Assembly: GCA_046881885.1 (NCBI GenBank)
Contig: JBKSMP010000012.1
Span: forward strand, 1-20,470
Length of the DNA stretch: 20,470 bases
Direction: 5' to 3'
Source: Opitutales bacterium
GTDB taxonomy: Bacteria > Verrucomicrobiota > Verrucomicrobiia > Opitutales > UBA9783
Below, in pieces: positions 1-7,847 of this stretch. Under the pieces are notes generated by a model. That model searched no databases. It was not told the origin of the DNA and saw only the letters and a program-made list of their open reading frames with translations. The position numbers and the translations under genes were made by a program. The stretch's first letter is position 1; each line of letters starts with the position of its first letter.

Positions 1-153
1 CTCACACATTTTTCAAACTTTTCTTGCTTGACTCCGCTGATCCTTCGTAAATACTTCTTCTTGAGTAGGGTTTTTTTCATATTTTACTTTTATCCTACTC
101 ACTTTTGTTTTTCAATCCTTTTATGCGTTTTCTTTTATTCAGACTTTTGCAGG

Positions 154-531
154 ATGTCTAATATTAAAAAAATTGGTAAAAATGTTTCTTGCAAAAATAT
201 AGGGTTATTTGGATTAGGTTGGTGTAAAGAAATCGATAAAATAAATAACTTAGAATGTGCTGGTCGTCATTCAACTTTTGGCGATGATGGTTTAGAGTCC
301 AAATTACGAGAAAAGAATATTTCTATATCACATTTTAGCAGGAGTGCATTTGAGCGTTTACAGCAGGATTACGATAGATATATAAGAGACAAAGATATTG
401 TTTATTTGTCAGGGTATGTAAACGTAAAAAATAAACCTAAAGAACTTTCGGATGCAGAATGGGATCATGTATTGATTTTGAAAGAAAAAGTTAAAGAATT
501 TGTTAATAGGTATTTTAGACAAAGGGAGTAA
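154..531 (+). CDS. hypothetical small protein (125 aa), no recognisable family
   Basis: This is the first ATG (154) inside ORF 28..531. The 42 upstream codons translate to an implausible F/Y/C-rich string. The gene lies in a very AT-rich segment and I recognised no motifs. Confidence 0.4.
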   Translation: MSNIKKIGKNVSCKNIGLFGLGWCKEIDKINNLECAGRHSTFGDDGLESKLREKNISISHFSRSAFERLQQDYDRYIRDKDIVYLSGYVNVKNKPKELSDAEWDHVLILKEKVKEFVNRYFRQRE

Positions 532-573
532 AAATTAAAACTTTTAGGTTTGGTATAGGAAAAATTTACGGGT

Positions 574-595
574 AAATCTCGTAGATTTTTATTTT
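574..595 (+). terminator. weak hairpin plus T-tract downstream of the 125-aa ORF
   Basis: aaatct (574-579) pairs with agattt (583-588) across a 3-nt loop, followed by ttatttt. The stem is only 6 bp and AT-rich, so this is tentative. Confidence 0.2.
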
Positions 596-623
596 GGCAG
601 GATGTTTGCTACATGTAATTTGT

Positions 624-1724
624 ATGAATAATGGTAATCTCGGTATATCACAAAAATCTAGTTTGACTAGTGATTATATAATTGATCAACCTTCAAATAA
701 TTCCACTAAAAGTATCCCTAAATTTTCTGAACAACTTGCCAAGCCTGGACAATCAATGTCGTCTAATTTAAAAAGATCAATAAGAAAAGTAAAGTATAGT
801 ATCGGATATTTATTTTCGTCGAAAACCAAAAGAAGTAAGAAATTAAAAGAATGTATAGATGGTTTTAAAGGAAATATAACAGATGAAGATATTAAAAAAG
901 TTTTGTACTCTGAAAGTTATAGTCCACGTATTGCAAAGGCTTTAATCCTTAGTGATAAAGTTGATATAAATCAGAAAGTAATTATTCTCAATAGCGGAAT
1001 ATTTAAAGATGGATTGGGATATGGGAGTAAATCTTGGCCTGATGCAATTTCTTTTCGTGCAGTTGACGATTTTTTAAATTCTGAATACTGTACTAAAGAG
1101 ATTGTAGCAGCTTTAATTCTTTGTGATAAAGTAAATGTAAGAGGAAAAAGGAAAATTTTAATGCAAGCGTATCCAAAGGGTATTACCGATGAGCAAATGG
1201 AGGTGTTTTTAAAGAATAAAAATAAAAATGTTAAAGCTCGTCGGAAAGTTATGGTGGCTTTAATCTCTAGCGAAACAGTTAATGTAGATAAGAAAATGGA
1301 TATTCTAGGCCGAGTATATCAGAAAGGTATTGACAAAACCACTTTTCAAAAGTTCTTAAAAACAAAATCAAAACCTCTTTTTGAGGCTTTGTTATTTAGT
1401 GAAGTAGTTACTATCGACCAAAAGGTGATGATACTAAATAAAGGATTTTATAGTATTCCTGACGATAAAATTAATCAGTTTTTAGCAAATAACCATTGTA
1501 CTACAAAACTCAAAATTGCTTTAATTCTTAGTAAGATTCTTAGTGTGGATAGGAAGACGGAGATTCTTGGACAAGCGTTTCTTGAAAATATTTCCGATGA
1601 TCAAGTTACTGAGTTTTTAAACTCAAGAAACTGTACTAAAGAAGTTGTAGATATTTTGTTAAACAGTGATAAAGTCACAGAGGCACAAAAACAAACTATT
1701 CGAAATTGGAAGCCAAGCAGATAA
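624..1724 (+). CDS. tandem-repeat protein: disordered S/N/K-rich N-terminus plus six 42-57-aa helical-looking modules; effector-like, function unknown
   Basis: The ORF track gives 594..1724 with a TTG start. The first ATG is at 624 (MNNGNLG...). Six modules share the pattern I-[TSP]-D-[DE]-x-[IVM]-x-x-F-L-x(3-8)-[ALIV]4-S-x-x-V-x-[VI]-[DN]-x-K-x-x-I-L. There is no signal peptide and no obvious SD sequence. Confidence 0.6.
   Translation: MNNGNLGISQKSSLTSDYIIDQPSNNSTKSIPKFSEQLAKPGQSMSSNLKRSIRKVKYSIGYLFSSKTKRSKKLKECIDGFKGNITDEDIKKVLYSESYSPRIAKALILSDKVDINQKVIILNSGIFKDGLGYGSKSWPDAISFRAVDDFLNSEYCTKEIVAALILCDKVNVRGKRKILMQAYPKGITDEQMEVFLKNKNKNVKARRKVMVALISSETVNVDKKMDILGRVYQKGIDKTTFQKFLKTKSKPLFEALLFSEVVTIDQKVMILNKGFYSIPDDKINQFLANNHCTTKLKIALILSKILSVDRKTEILGQAFLENISDDQVTEFLNSRNCTKEVVDILLNSDKVTEAQKQTIRNWKPSR
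876..1703 (+). repeat. in-frame array of six divergent protein-level repeats
   Basis: Module starts fall at ORF residues 95, 152, 197, 246, 288 and 333: ITDEDIKKVL..., ISFRAVDDFL..., ITDEQMEVFL..., IDKTTFQKFL..., IPDDKINQFL..., ISDDQVTEFL... Each is followed by a hydrophobic ALILSDKV-type segment and a K-x-x-IL segment. The repeats are divergent at the DNA level. Confidence 0.6.
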
Positions 1725-1830
1725 AAGCTTGATAAATTCATTCCTTAGTCTTTCCTTTTTACCTACGCTTTATTCTTTACTTAAATCGTAAATTCTTTTA
1801 ATTAATAAGGTGAGTTTTAAGGTAATTTTT

Positions 1831-3414
1831 ATGAGTAAAGATGATACATTAGATGCTTTCAAAGAGCGATTGGAGCAAGCTTTTAGTCAAATTCCAAATT
1901 CTTTCTCTGATTTGAATTTTAAAAAAACGACTCATGGTACAAACGAGGAAAGATCGATGCAAACGGATGTAGAAACTGAGAATTTCATCAAAACGATAGA
2001 AAATTTTAATTTAAAGCCAAAGGATTTAAAGAATTACCTGGATCGTTATGTTATCAAGCAGCATGAGGCTAAAAAGGTGCTTTCGGTAGCCATTTGCGAT
2101 CACTACAATCATGTTCGTGATTGCATTGAGCATCCTGAAAAGGCCGACCAAATGTATCATAAACAAAACGTTTTGGTGCTTGGGCCGACAGGGGTTGGTA
2201 AGACCTATCTTATTCGTAATATTGCTAAGCGTATTGGTGTTCCTTTTGTCAAAGCCGATGCGACAAAGTTTTCCGAAACGGGTTATATTGGTGGGGATGT
2301 TGAGGATCTGGTTCGTGATCTTGTTAAGGTCGCCAATGGTAATGTTGATTTGGCTCAATATGGTATTATTTATGTTGATGAGATCGATAAAATTGCTTCG
2401 ATGGGGAATTCTCAAGGGCGTGATGTATCCGGTCGTGGTGTACAGATCAATTTGTTAAAGTTGATGGAAGAAAGCGATGTTAACTTGGTGACACCGACTG
2501 ATATGATGGGCCAATTACAGGCGGTTATGGATATGCAGAGAGGGCAGGGGAGTAAAAAGAAAACGAAGATTAATACCCGCCATATTTTGTTTATTTTTAG
2601 CGGTGCTTTTGATAAATTAGCGGAATTGGTTAAACGTCGTATCGATCAAGGGACGATTGGTTTCAATGTTATGCCTTTATCGGATGAAGCCGATGCACAG
2701 AATTATTTACATCAAGTGCAGACCCAAGATTTTATCCAATACGGATTTGAGCCTGAATTCATTGGTCGTATTCCGATTCGTGTTGCTTGTGATCCGCTTA
2801 ATAAGGTTGATTTAGCTCGTATCTTAATCGATGCAGAAAGTTCTATTTTAAAGCAGTATAAGGACGATTTTAATGGTTATTCCATTAATATGGAGATTAC
2901 CAATGAAGCTATCCAGGAAATTGCAGCTAAAGCGGAAAAAGAGAAAACCGGTGCACGAGGCTTAATGACCGTGTTTGAAAAAACTTTACGTAATTTTAAA
3001 TTTGAGCTGCCGTCATCGGGTATTCATTTTTTTGAGGTTAATACCGATACGGTAGCAGATCCGGAAAAGGCCTTACATAACCTACTTTTGCAAAATCAAT
3101 CTTTGCTGCATAATCAGCGAATGGCGGATATAGAGATGTATTGTTCGGTCTTTCAGAAAGAGAATAATTTATCAATTCGCTTTACGGAAGAGGCGGTAAA
3201 AGAGCTTATTCGTCAAAGTATTTTGCAAGACAAGACGATTCCTAATCTTTGTGCGGAAATGTTTAAGGATTTGGCTTATGGTTTGAAAATTGTTGCTCGG
3301 AACGAAGAAAAGGATGCATTTGAATTGGATAAAGATTTTATCTTAGATCCGCAAAAAACGATTTCTCAGTGGATTGTGGGTAGTTTTCCGCAAAAACAGA
3401 AAGAAGGAGAATAA
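1831..3414 (+). CDS. ClpX/HslU-family AAA+ unfoldase, atypical: no N-terminal zinc-binding domain, and a ~120-aa C-terminal extension
   Basis: Motifs seen: Walker A GPTGVGKT, pore-1 loop GYIG, Walker B IIYVDEIDK, RDVSGRGVQINLLKLME (ClpX RDVSGEGVQQALLK-like), an IGF tripeptide (GTIGFNV) and sensor-2 GARGL. The ATG at 1831 follows taaggt, which is a better start than the track's GTG at 1810. There is no Cys in the first ~90 residues. Confidence 0.85.
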   Translation: MSKDDTLDAFKERLEQAFSQIPNSFSDLNFKKTTHGTNEERSMQTDVETENFIKTIENFNLKPKDLKNYLDRYVIKQHEAKKVLSVAICDHYNHVRDCIEHPEKADQMYHKQNVLVLGPTGVGKTYLIRNIAKRIGVPFVKADATKFSETGYIGGDVEDLVRDLVKVANGNVDLAQYGIIYVDEIDKIASMGNSQGRDVSGRGVQINLLKLMEESDVNLVTPTDMMGQLQAVMDMQRGQGSKKKTKINTRHILFIFSGAFDKLAELVKRRIDQGTIGFNVMPLSDEADAQNYLHQVQTQDFIQYGFEPEFIGRIPIRVACDPLNKVDLARILIDAESSILKQYKDDFNGYSINMEITNEAIQEIAAKAEKEKTGARGLMTVFEKTLRNFKFELPSSGIHFFEVNTDTVADPEKALHNLLLQNQSLLHNQRMADIEMYCSVFQKENNLSIRFTEEAVKELIRQSILQDKTIPNLCAEMFKDLAYGLKIVARNEEKDAFELDKDFILDPQKTISQWIVGSFPQKQKEGE

Positions 3415-3415
3415 A

Positions 3416-5380
3416 ATGGATACGGATCATTCTTTGCTCAATATTGCTCAAGAGGGTAGGGGACTTGCCTTCGATATGGTTGCTAAAGCGAATTCGGGGC
3501 ATTTAGGTTTGCCATTAGGGTGTTCGGATTGCTTTGCGGTGTTATTCGGAAAGTTTTTGCGGTATTTACCCAACAATCCACGTTGGATCAACCGTGACCG
3601 GTTTATTCTTTCCGCGGGTCATGGAAGTGCACTGTTATATACCTATTTGCACCTAAGTGGTTATCCGATAACGCTAGAGGATCTAAAACAGTTTCGACAG
3701 CTCAATAGCTGTACGCCAGGGCATCCCGAATTTGGTGTTACGCCAGGAATTGAAGCTACCACAGGGCCACTAGGGCAGGGAATTGGCAATGCGGTCGGTA
3801 TAGCGCTTTCACAGAAGAAATTAGCTGCGCAGTTTAATACCGAACAGTATACGATTTTTGATAATTGTGTGGTTTGTCTCTGTGGCGAAGGTTGTTTGCA
3901 GGAAGGAGTTGGCCAAGAAAGTATTGCATTGGCGGGTCTTTGGAAGCTCGACAATTTGATCCTGATTTACGATTGTAACGAAATTACCTTAGATGCTTCA
4001 GCTAACGTTTCTCAGTGTGAAGATGTGCGCGCAAAATTCGAAGCAATCGGTTGGGATGTCTTTGAAGTTGATGGGCATAATGTAGATGAAACAGAAATAA
4101 CCTTAAATACTTGTAGGGAGCGAAAAGGCAAGCCGCACCTGATTATCATGAAGACAGTTATTGGCAAAGGTCTTGCTATTGAAGGTACGGCCAAAGCTCA
4201 TGGTCCAGCAGGCGTTAAGGAACAAGCAGCTTTTAAGGAAAAACTTGGATTGCCTACAGATCAGCCTTTTTACGTTTCTGAAAAGACTTACCAATTTTTT
4301 GAAAAGCATCGTAATCGTTTACAAAAAGCTTATCGAGCTTGGTCGGAAAAGTTTGAAGTTTGGGCCAAAGAATATCCGGAACAAGCGGATTTATTCGTTC
4401 AGAAAAAGAAATTATCTCATGAATTCTTTGAAATATTACCGGAATCTTCTCCAAAAGCTATTGCAATACGTACTTGTGCTGGAGATATTCTGAATATTTG
4501 TTCCAAAGACTTACCGCATTTGTTAACTGGCAGTGCGGATTTATTTGAATCTGTAAAGAATTATATCCAAGACGGTGGCGATTTTTCGGCAGAGAATTAT
4601 AAGGGCAGAAATCTATTCTTTGGTATCCGTGAGCATGCGATGGGTGCGGTTTTGAACGGTATTGCTTATGATGGCTTTTTCAGGCCTTCTGGATCGACTT
4701 TTTTCGTCTTTTCAGATTACTTGAAACCGGCTTTACGTGTAGCTGCTCTATCGCATTTGCCCGTTATTTACTTTTTTTCACACGATTCAATTGCTGTGGG
4801 AGAAGATGGTCCTACGCATCAACCGATTGAGCAATTAGCAGGCTTGCGTAGTATGCCCAATGTTCATATCTTTCGTCCGGCAGATACCGATGAAACTATT
4901 GCCTGTTTTGAGCTTGCTCTGAAGCGTACTGAAGGTCCTAGCGTGCTGGTACTTTCTCGCCAAGATTTACCTAAATTGCCTTTGCCGAGCTCAGAAATAC
5001 GTCAAAACGCCTTAAAAGGTGCGTATATTGTAAAAAAGGAAGAAGAGGCCTTGGAGCGCATCCTTATTGCAACCGGTAGCGAAGTCTCGTTGGCTTTGCA
5101 AGTTGCGGAACGTTTAGGGACTAATACCCGTGTGGTATCCATGCCTTGTGTTGAAGTCTTTTTGCAGCAAGACCAAGCTTACCAAGAGAGTATTTTGCCT
5201 GTATCCTGTACGCAACGGATCGCTATTGAAGCTGGGAGTTCGCAACCCTGGTACCGATTTGTTGGTCTTAACGGCCTGATTATTGGCATCGATTCCTTCG
5301 GTAAAAGCGCTCCGAGTTTGGATTTAGCAAAAAACTTTGAATTGACGATCGAAGGTGTTGGGAAGAAGATTAAAAGCTAA
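3416..5380 (+). CDS. tkt: transketolase
   Basis: Motifs seen: SGHLG, GEGCLQEGVGQES and SHDSIAVGEDGPTHQPIEQLAGLR, in a ~655-aa protein. The ATG at 3416 is preceded by GAAGGAG and lies 1 nt after the upstream stop. The track's 14-codon N-terminal extension overlaps that upstream gene. Confidence 0.93.
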   Translation: MDTDHSLLNIAQEGRGLAFDMVAKANSGHLGLPLGCSDCFAVLFGKFLRYLPNNPRWINRDRFILSAGHGSALLYTYLHLSGYPITLEDLKQFRQLNSCTPGHPEFGVTPGIEATTGPLGQGIGNAVGIALSQKKLAAQFNTEQYTIFDNCVVCLCGEGCLQEGVGQESIALAGLWKLDNLILIYDCNEITLDASANVSQCEDVRAKFEAIGWDVFEVDGHNVDETEITLNTCRERKGKPHLIIMKTVIGKGLAIEGTAKAHGPAGVKEQAAFKEKLGLPTDQPFYVSEKTYQFFEKHRNRLQKAYRAWSEKFEVWAKEYPEQADLFVQKKKLSHEFFEILPESSPKAIAIRTCAGDILNICSKDLPHLLTGSADLFESVKNYIQDGGDFSAENYKGRNLFFGIREHAMGAVLNGIAYDGFFRPSGSTFFVFSDYLKPALRVAALSHLPVIYFFSHDSIAVGEDGPTHQPIEQLAGLRSMPNVHIFRPADTDETIACFELALKRTEGPSVLVLSRQDLPKLPLPSSEIRQNALKGAYIVKKEEEALERILIATGSEVSLALQVAERLGTNTRVVSMPCVEVFLQQDQAYQESILPVSCTQRIAIEAGSSQPWYRFVGLNGLIIGIDSFGKSAPSLDLAKNFELTIEGVGKKIKS

Positions 5381-5519
5381 AGGATATCCCCGTATAAATT
5401 AAAAAATGGCCAACTCCACATTGCCTTGATAAATGCAGATGATACCAAAGAATATTCTTTCCATATCGCTGCCAAAGACCTTGTCGGCGAGTGATTTTTG
5501 AAACGAGAAAGCATTTGAT

Positions 5520-5547
5520 TTGACTTCAGAGATGATCTGTTTATAAT
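5520..5547 (+). promoter_or_regulatory. near-consensus sigma70-type promoter for the pilin-like gene
   Basis: TTGACT (5520-5525), a 16-nt spacer, then TATAAT (5542-5547). This sits ~17 nt upstream of the ATG at 5564, with AGGA at 5557-5560. Confidence 0.4.
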
Positions 5548-5563
5548 CATTACTGTAGGATTT

Positions 5564-6163
5564 ATGAAAAATAAAGCAAGAGGGTTTTCGGTATTGGAAG
5601 TTTTGATATCTGCAGGCATTTTTACAATCGTTATTTTAGGGATCTCACAAACGGTATTGTTGATGCATCGTTATGCGCGTGGAAACCTTTGCCAAATGCA
5701 GGCCCATTTGCTCGCCACAAGCTACTTTGAACAGCTTCTTTGTCATACTCATCCCTTAGAATTAAATGGCAAAACAGGCAATGTATCGTTATTGAATTTA
5801 GAAAAGCCAACAACTACGCATGCTTTTGAATTTAATGTAAAAACGACAACAAGTACGACACAAGCGGATCCTAAAATTAATAGTTTCGATCTGCCTCTGA
5901 TCGAAGGTGAAGATACAATGACTGTCTACCTCCAAGTACAAGTGGAAGAATCACCGATGTATGATTATGATGAGAAAGATCGTACAAAAATAAATCCTCC
6001 AGAAGGCTTTCAATCCCTGCGTATGACATATTGGTGGACTAGTCCTTTTGCAACAACCAATGGCGAAACAGAAGGAAGCTTGGAATATTTAGCGACATTA
6101 CCTAAATCCGAATTATATGCTATCCGCCCTATCTTACCGGATGAGGCCGATTATGAAGGTTAA
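5564..6163 (+). CDS. prepilin-type N-terminal cleavage/methylation domain protein (type IV pilin or T2SS pseudopilin-like)
   Basis: The N-terminus MKNKARG|FSVLEVLISAGIFTIVILGI matches the class III signal: G-F-(S/T)-L-x-E plus a hydrophobic helix. The C-terminal domain is unrecognised. An AGGA RBS is present. Confidence 0.65.
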   Translation: MKNKARGFSVLEVLISAGIFTIVILGISQTVLLMHRYARGNLCQMQAHLLATSYFEQLLCHTHPLELNGKTGNVSLLNLEKPTTTHAFEFNVKTTTSTTQADPKINSFDLPLIEGEDTMTVYLQVQVEESPMYDYDEKDRTKINPPEGFQSLRMTYWWTSPFATTNGETEGSLEYLATLPKSELYAIRPILPDEADYEG

Positions 6164-7197
6164 AATTGGGTTAAAAAGCGAGTATCGTTTTGATAAAACC
6201 TGCGAATATCTTCAATGCCGTAAAGCAACATCGCCAAACGTTCAACCCCAAAACCAAACGCAAATCCTTGCCATTCGTCAGGATTAAGCCCTGCATTACT
6301 TAAAACATTCCGATTAACCATACCACATCCCCAAACTTCAATCCAAGTATCTTTGAATTTTCCAAGTTTTGGAACAAAAATATCCATCTCAAAACTCGGT
6401 TCGGTAAATGGGAAATAGCTTGGGCGCATACGCGTTTTAAACGCTTTACCAAAGAACTTTTGGACAAAATAATCTAAAGTTCCCTTTAAATCGACAATCG
6501 AGGTTTTTTTGTCAATGCACAAACCTTCGATTTGATGGAAATTGAAATTATGCGTAGCGTCTACTGTATCGCGGCGGAAAACTCGTCCCGGCGAAATAAC
6601 CTTAAACGGTGGTGTATGTTTCGCTAATGTTCGAATTTGAACGGTCGATGTCTGCGTACGCAATAAATAGAATTCGTCTTCTTTTTGTGAAGTTGTGCCG
6701 ATAGCCTTTCCTTCTTCAAAGAAAAAAGTATCTTGCGCAGCTCTCGCAGGATGATGCTTAGGTACATTTAATGCATCAAAACAGAACCATTCTGTTTCGA
6801 TTTCTGGTCCCTCTGCTACAGCATATCCTAACTGCTTGAAAATCGACAAAATGCGCTGTCTTGTTTGTGTAAGCGGATGCAAAGACCTTGCTTGTGGATA
6901 AGGACCTTCTAAACTAGGATCGATAGGGTCCCCTAACTTCTTAAGACGTTCTTGGGTTTGTAGCTCATTTTGCTTTTGGCTCAACAAAGCTTCTATGGCT
7001 GCCTTAACGCCATTAATTTCCTTACCCGATTGAATTTTTTCCTCTAAAGGCAAATTCTTTAAATTTTTTAATGACGTAATTAACGTGCTCTTAGGTCCTA
7101 AGAACTGCGTCTTTACTTCTTGTAAGGCAACTACACTCTTACAACTTTGAATAGCGGTTAAAGCCTCTGATTTTAACGTTTCAAAGGTAGTTGCCAT
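6160..7197 (-). CDS. pheS: phenylalanine--tRNA ligase alpha subunit
   Basis: Class II aaRS motifs are present: FRRDTVDATHNFNFHQIEGL and GFAFGFGVERLAMLLYGIEDIR. Length is 345 aa and the gene is downstream of rplT. Confidence 0.95.
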   Translation of the reverse strand: MATTFETLKSEALTAIQSCKSVVALQEVKTQFLGPKSTLITSLKNLKNLPLEEKIQSGKEINGVKAAIEALLSQKQNELQTQERLKKLGDPIDPSLEGPYPQARSLHPLTQTRQRILSIFKQLGYAVAEGPEIETEWFCFDALNVPKHHPARAAQDTFFFEEGKAIGTTSQKEDEFYLLRTQTSTVQIRTLAKHTPPFKVISPGRVFRRDTVDATHNFNFHQIEGLCIDKKTSIVDLKGTLDYFVQKFFGKAFKTRMRPSYFPFTEPSFEMDIFVPKLGKFKDTWIEVWGCGMVNRNVLSNAGLNPDEWQGFAFGFGVERLAMLLYGIEDIRRFYQNDTRFLTQF

Positions 7198-7206
7198 AAA
7201 GAGAAC

Positions 7207-7566
7207 TTATGAAACTAAAGTTTTCAAAACTTGTTCAACAAGCTGATTGAAGGCGGCTTCATTATGAATCGCCAATTCACTCAATTGCTTACGATCAAGC
7301 TCTATGTTTAACTTCTTTAAGCCATTGATGAAACGGCTGTAAGAAATACCAGCTGCACGGCAAGCAGCATTAATACGCACAATCCATAATTGACGGAATT
7401 CGGACTTCTTTTTGCGGCGATCGCGAAAAGCGAAGGCACCTGAACGCCAAAAAGCGTCGTGTGCATAACGATACAAGCGCGACTTGTTACCGAAATAACC
7501 GCGTGTCTGCTTGAGAATGCGTTTACGACGTTGTCTTGTTGCGACTCCATTTGTTACTCTTGTCAT
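7207..7566 (-). CDS. rplT: 50S ribosomal protein L20
   Basis: The 119-aa sequence MTRVTNGVATRQRRKRILKQTRGYFG...FRDRRKKKSEFRQLWIVRINAA is typical of L20. Confidence 0.95.
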   Translation of the reverse strand: MTRVTNGVATRQRRKRILKQTRGYFGNKSRLYRYAHDAFWRSGAFAFRDRRKKKSEFRQLWIVRINAACRAAGISYSRFINGLKKLNIELDRKQLSELAIHNEAAFNQLVEQVLKTLVS

Positions 7567-7593
7567 AGTTTTTCTTCTATCTTTTAGGCCGAT

Positions 7594-7620
7594 GTAAGGT
7601 CGTCGTTAAAAATACCTTAC
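7594..7620 (-). promoter_or_regulatory. small hairpin in the 75-nt rpmI-rplT spacer
   Basis: gtaaggt (7594-7600) and accttac (7614-7620) are perfect complements with a 13-nt loop. Function is unknown. Confidence 0.2.
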
Positions 7621-7641
7621 CTCTAGCAGTTAATCTTGTGT

Positions 7642-7842
7642 TTAAAAATTCACGAAAGGCATAGCCTCTTTAACCGTATGGGACAAAGCTGTACTATCTA
7701 AGCATCTGTCACTACCGGCTCTGCGCAAACGCACAGGAGACTTGTGTCGCAAAAAATGGCGATAACCAGGTTTGCGAAACACGACTTTACCTGTTCCTGT
7801 AATTTTAAACTTTTTAGCAATCGATTTTCTAGTCTTTTGCAT
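7642..7842 (-). CDS. rpmI: 50S ribosomal protein L35
   Basis: This is a 66-aa basic protein, MQKTRKSIAKKFKITGTGKVVFRKPGYRHFLRHKS..., immediately upstream of rplT. Confidence 0.88.
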   Translation of the reverse strand: MQKTRKSIAKKFKITGTGKVVFRKPGYRHFLRHKSPVRLRRAGSDRCLDSTALSHTVKEAMPFVNF

Positions 7843-7847
7843 GCATT

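Noticed and set aside
1-80. A possible minus-strand gene start at 80 (MKKTLLKKKYLRRISGVKQEKFEKCV...) running off the left edge.
   Set aside because: Only 26 codons are visible and no motif is present. It cannot be distinguished from chance in AT-rich sequence.
28-153. N-terminal extensions given by the ORF track: 28-153, 594-623, 1810-1830, 3374-3415, 14239-14256, 15195-15239 and 20397-20441.
   Set aside because: The extensions translate to implausible sequence such as FFIFYFYPTHFCF, use TTG or GTG starts, or overlap the upstream gene. Internal ATGs have better SD motifs, give ATGA coupling, or align with the paralog N-terminus.
876-1703. The periodic repeat array, considered as a CRISPR or other non-coding tandem repeat.
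   Set aside because: The repeats are in-frame within a long ORF, conserved at the protein rather than DNA level, and variable in length (42-57 codons). There is no repeat-spacer architecture and there are no cas genes.
2026-2458. ORFs 2026..2415 (-) and 2111..2458 (+), nested in the ClpX-like gene.
   Set aside because: They lie in alternative frames of a gene with unambiguous AAA+ motifs. They have low-complexity, hydrophobic shadow-frame composition and no motifs.
3661-4493. Five short ORFs on both strands inside transketolase: 3661..3954, 4012..4194, 4103..4309, 4161..4493 and 4254..4454.
   Set aside because: All overlap the clearly conserved tkt reading frame and are typical frame shadows.
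5377-5619. An 80-aa minus-strand ORF spanning the tkt-pilin intergenic region.
   Set aside because: It overlaps the strong candidate promoter and the start of the pilin-like gene. It has no SD and no motif, so it is likely spurious. The 183-bp spacer is better explained as the promoter region.
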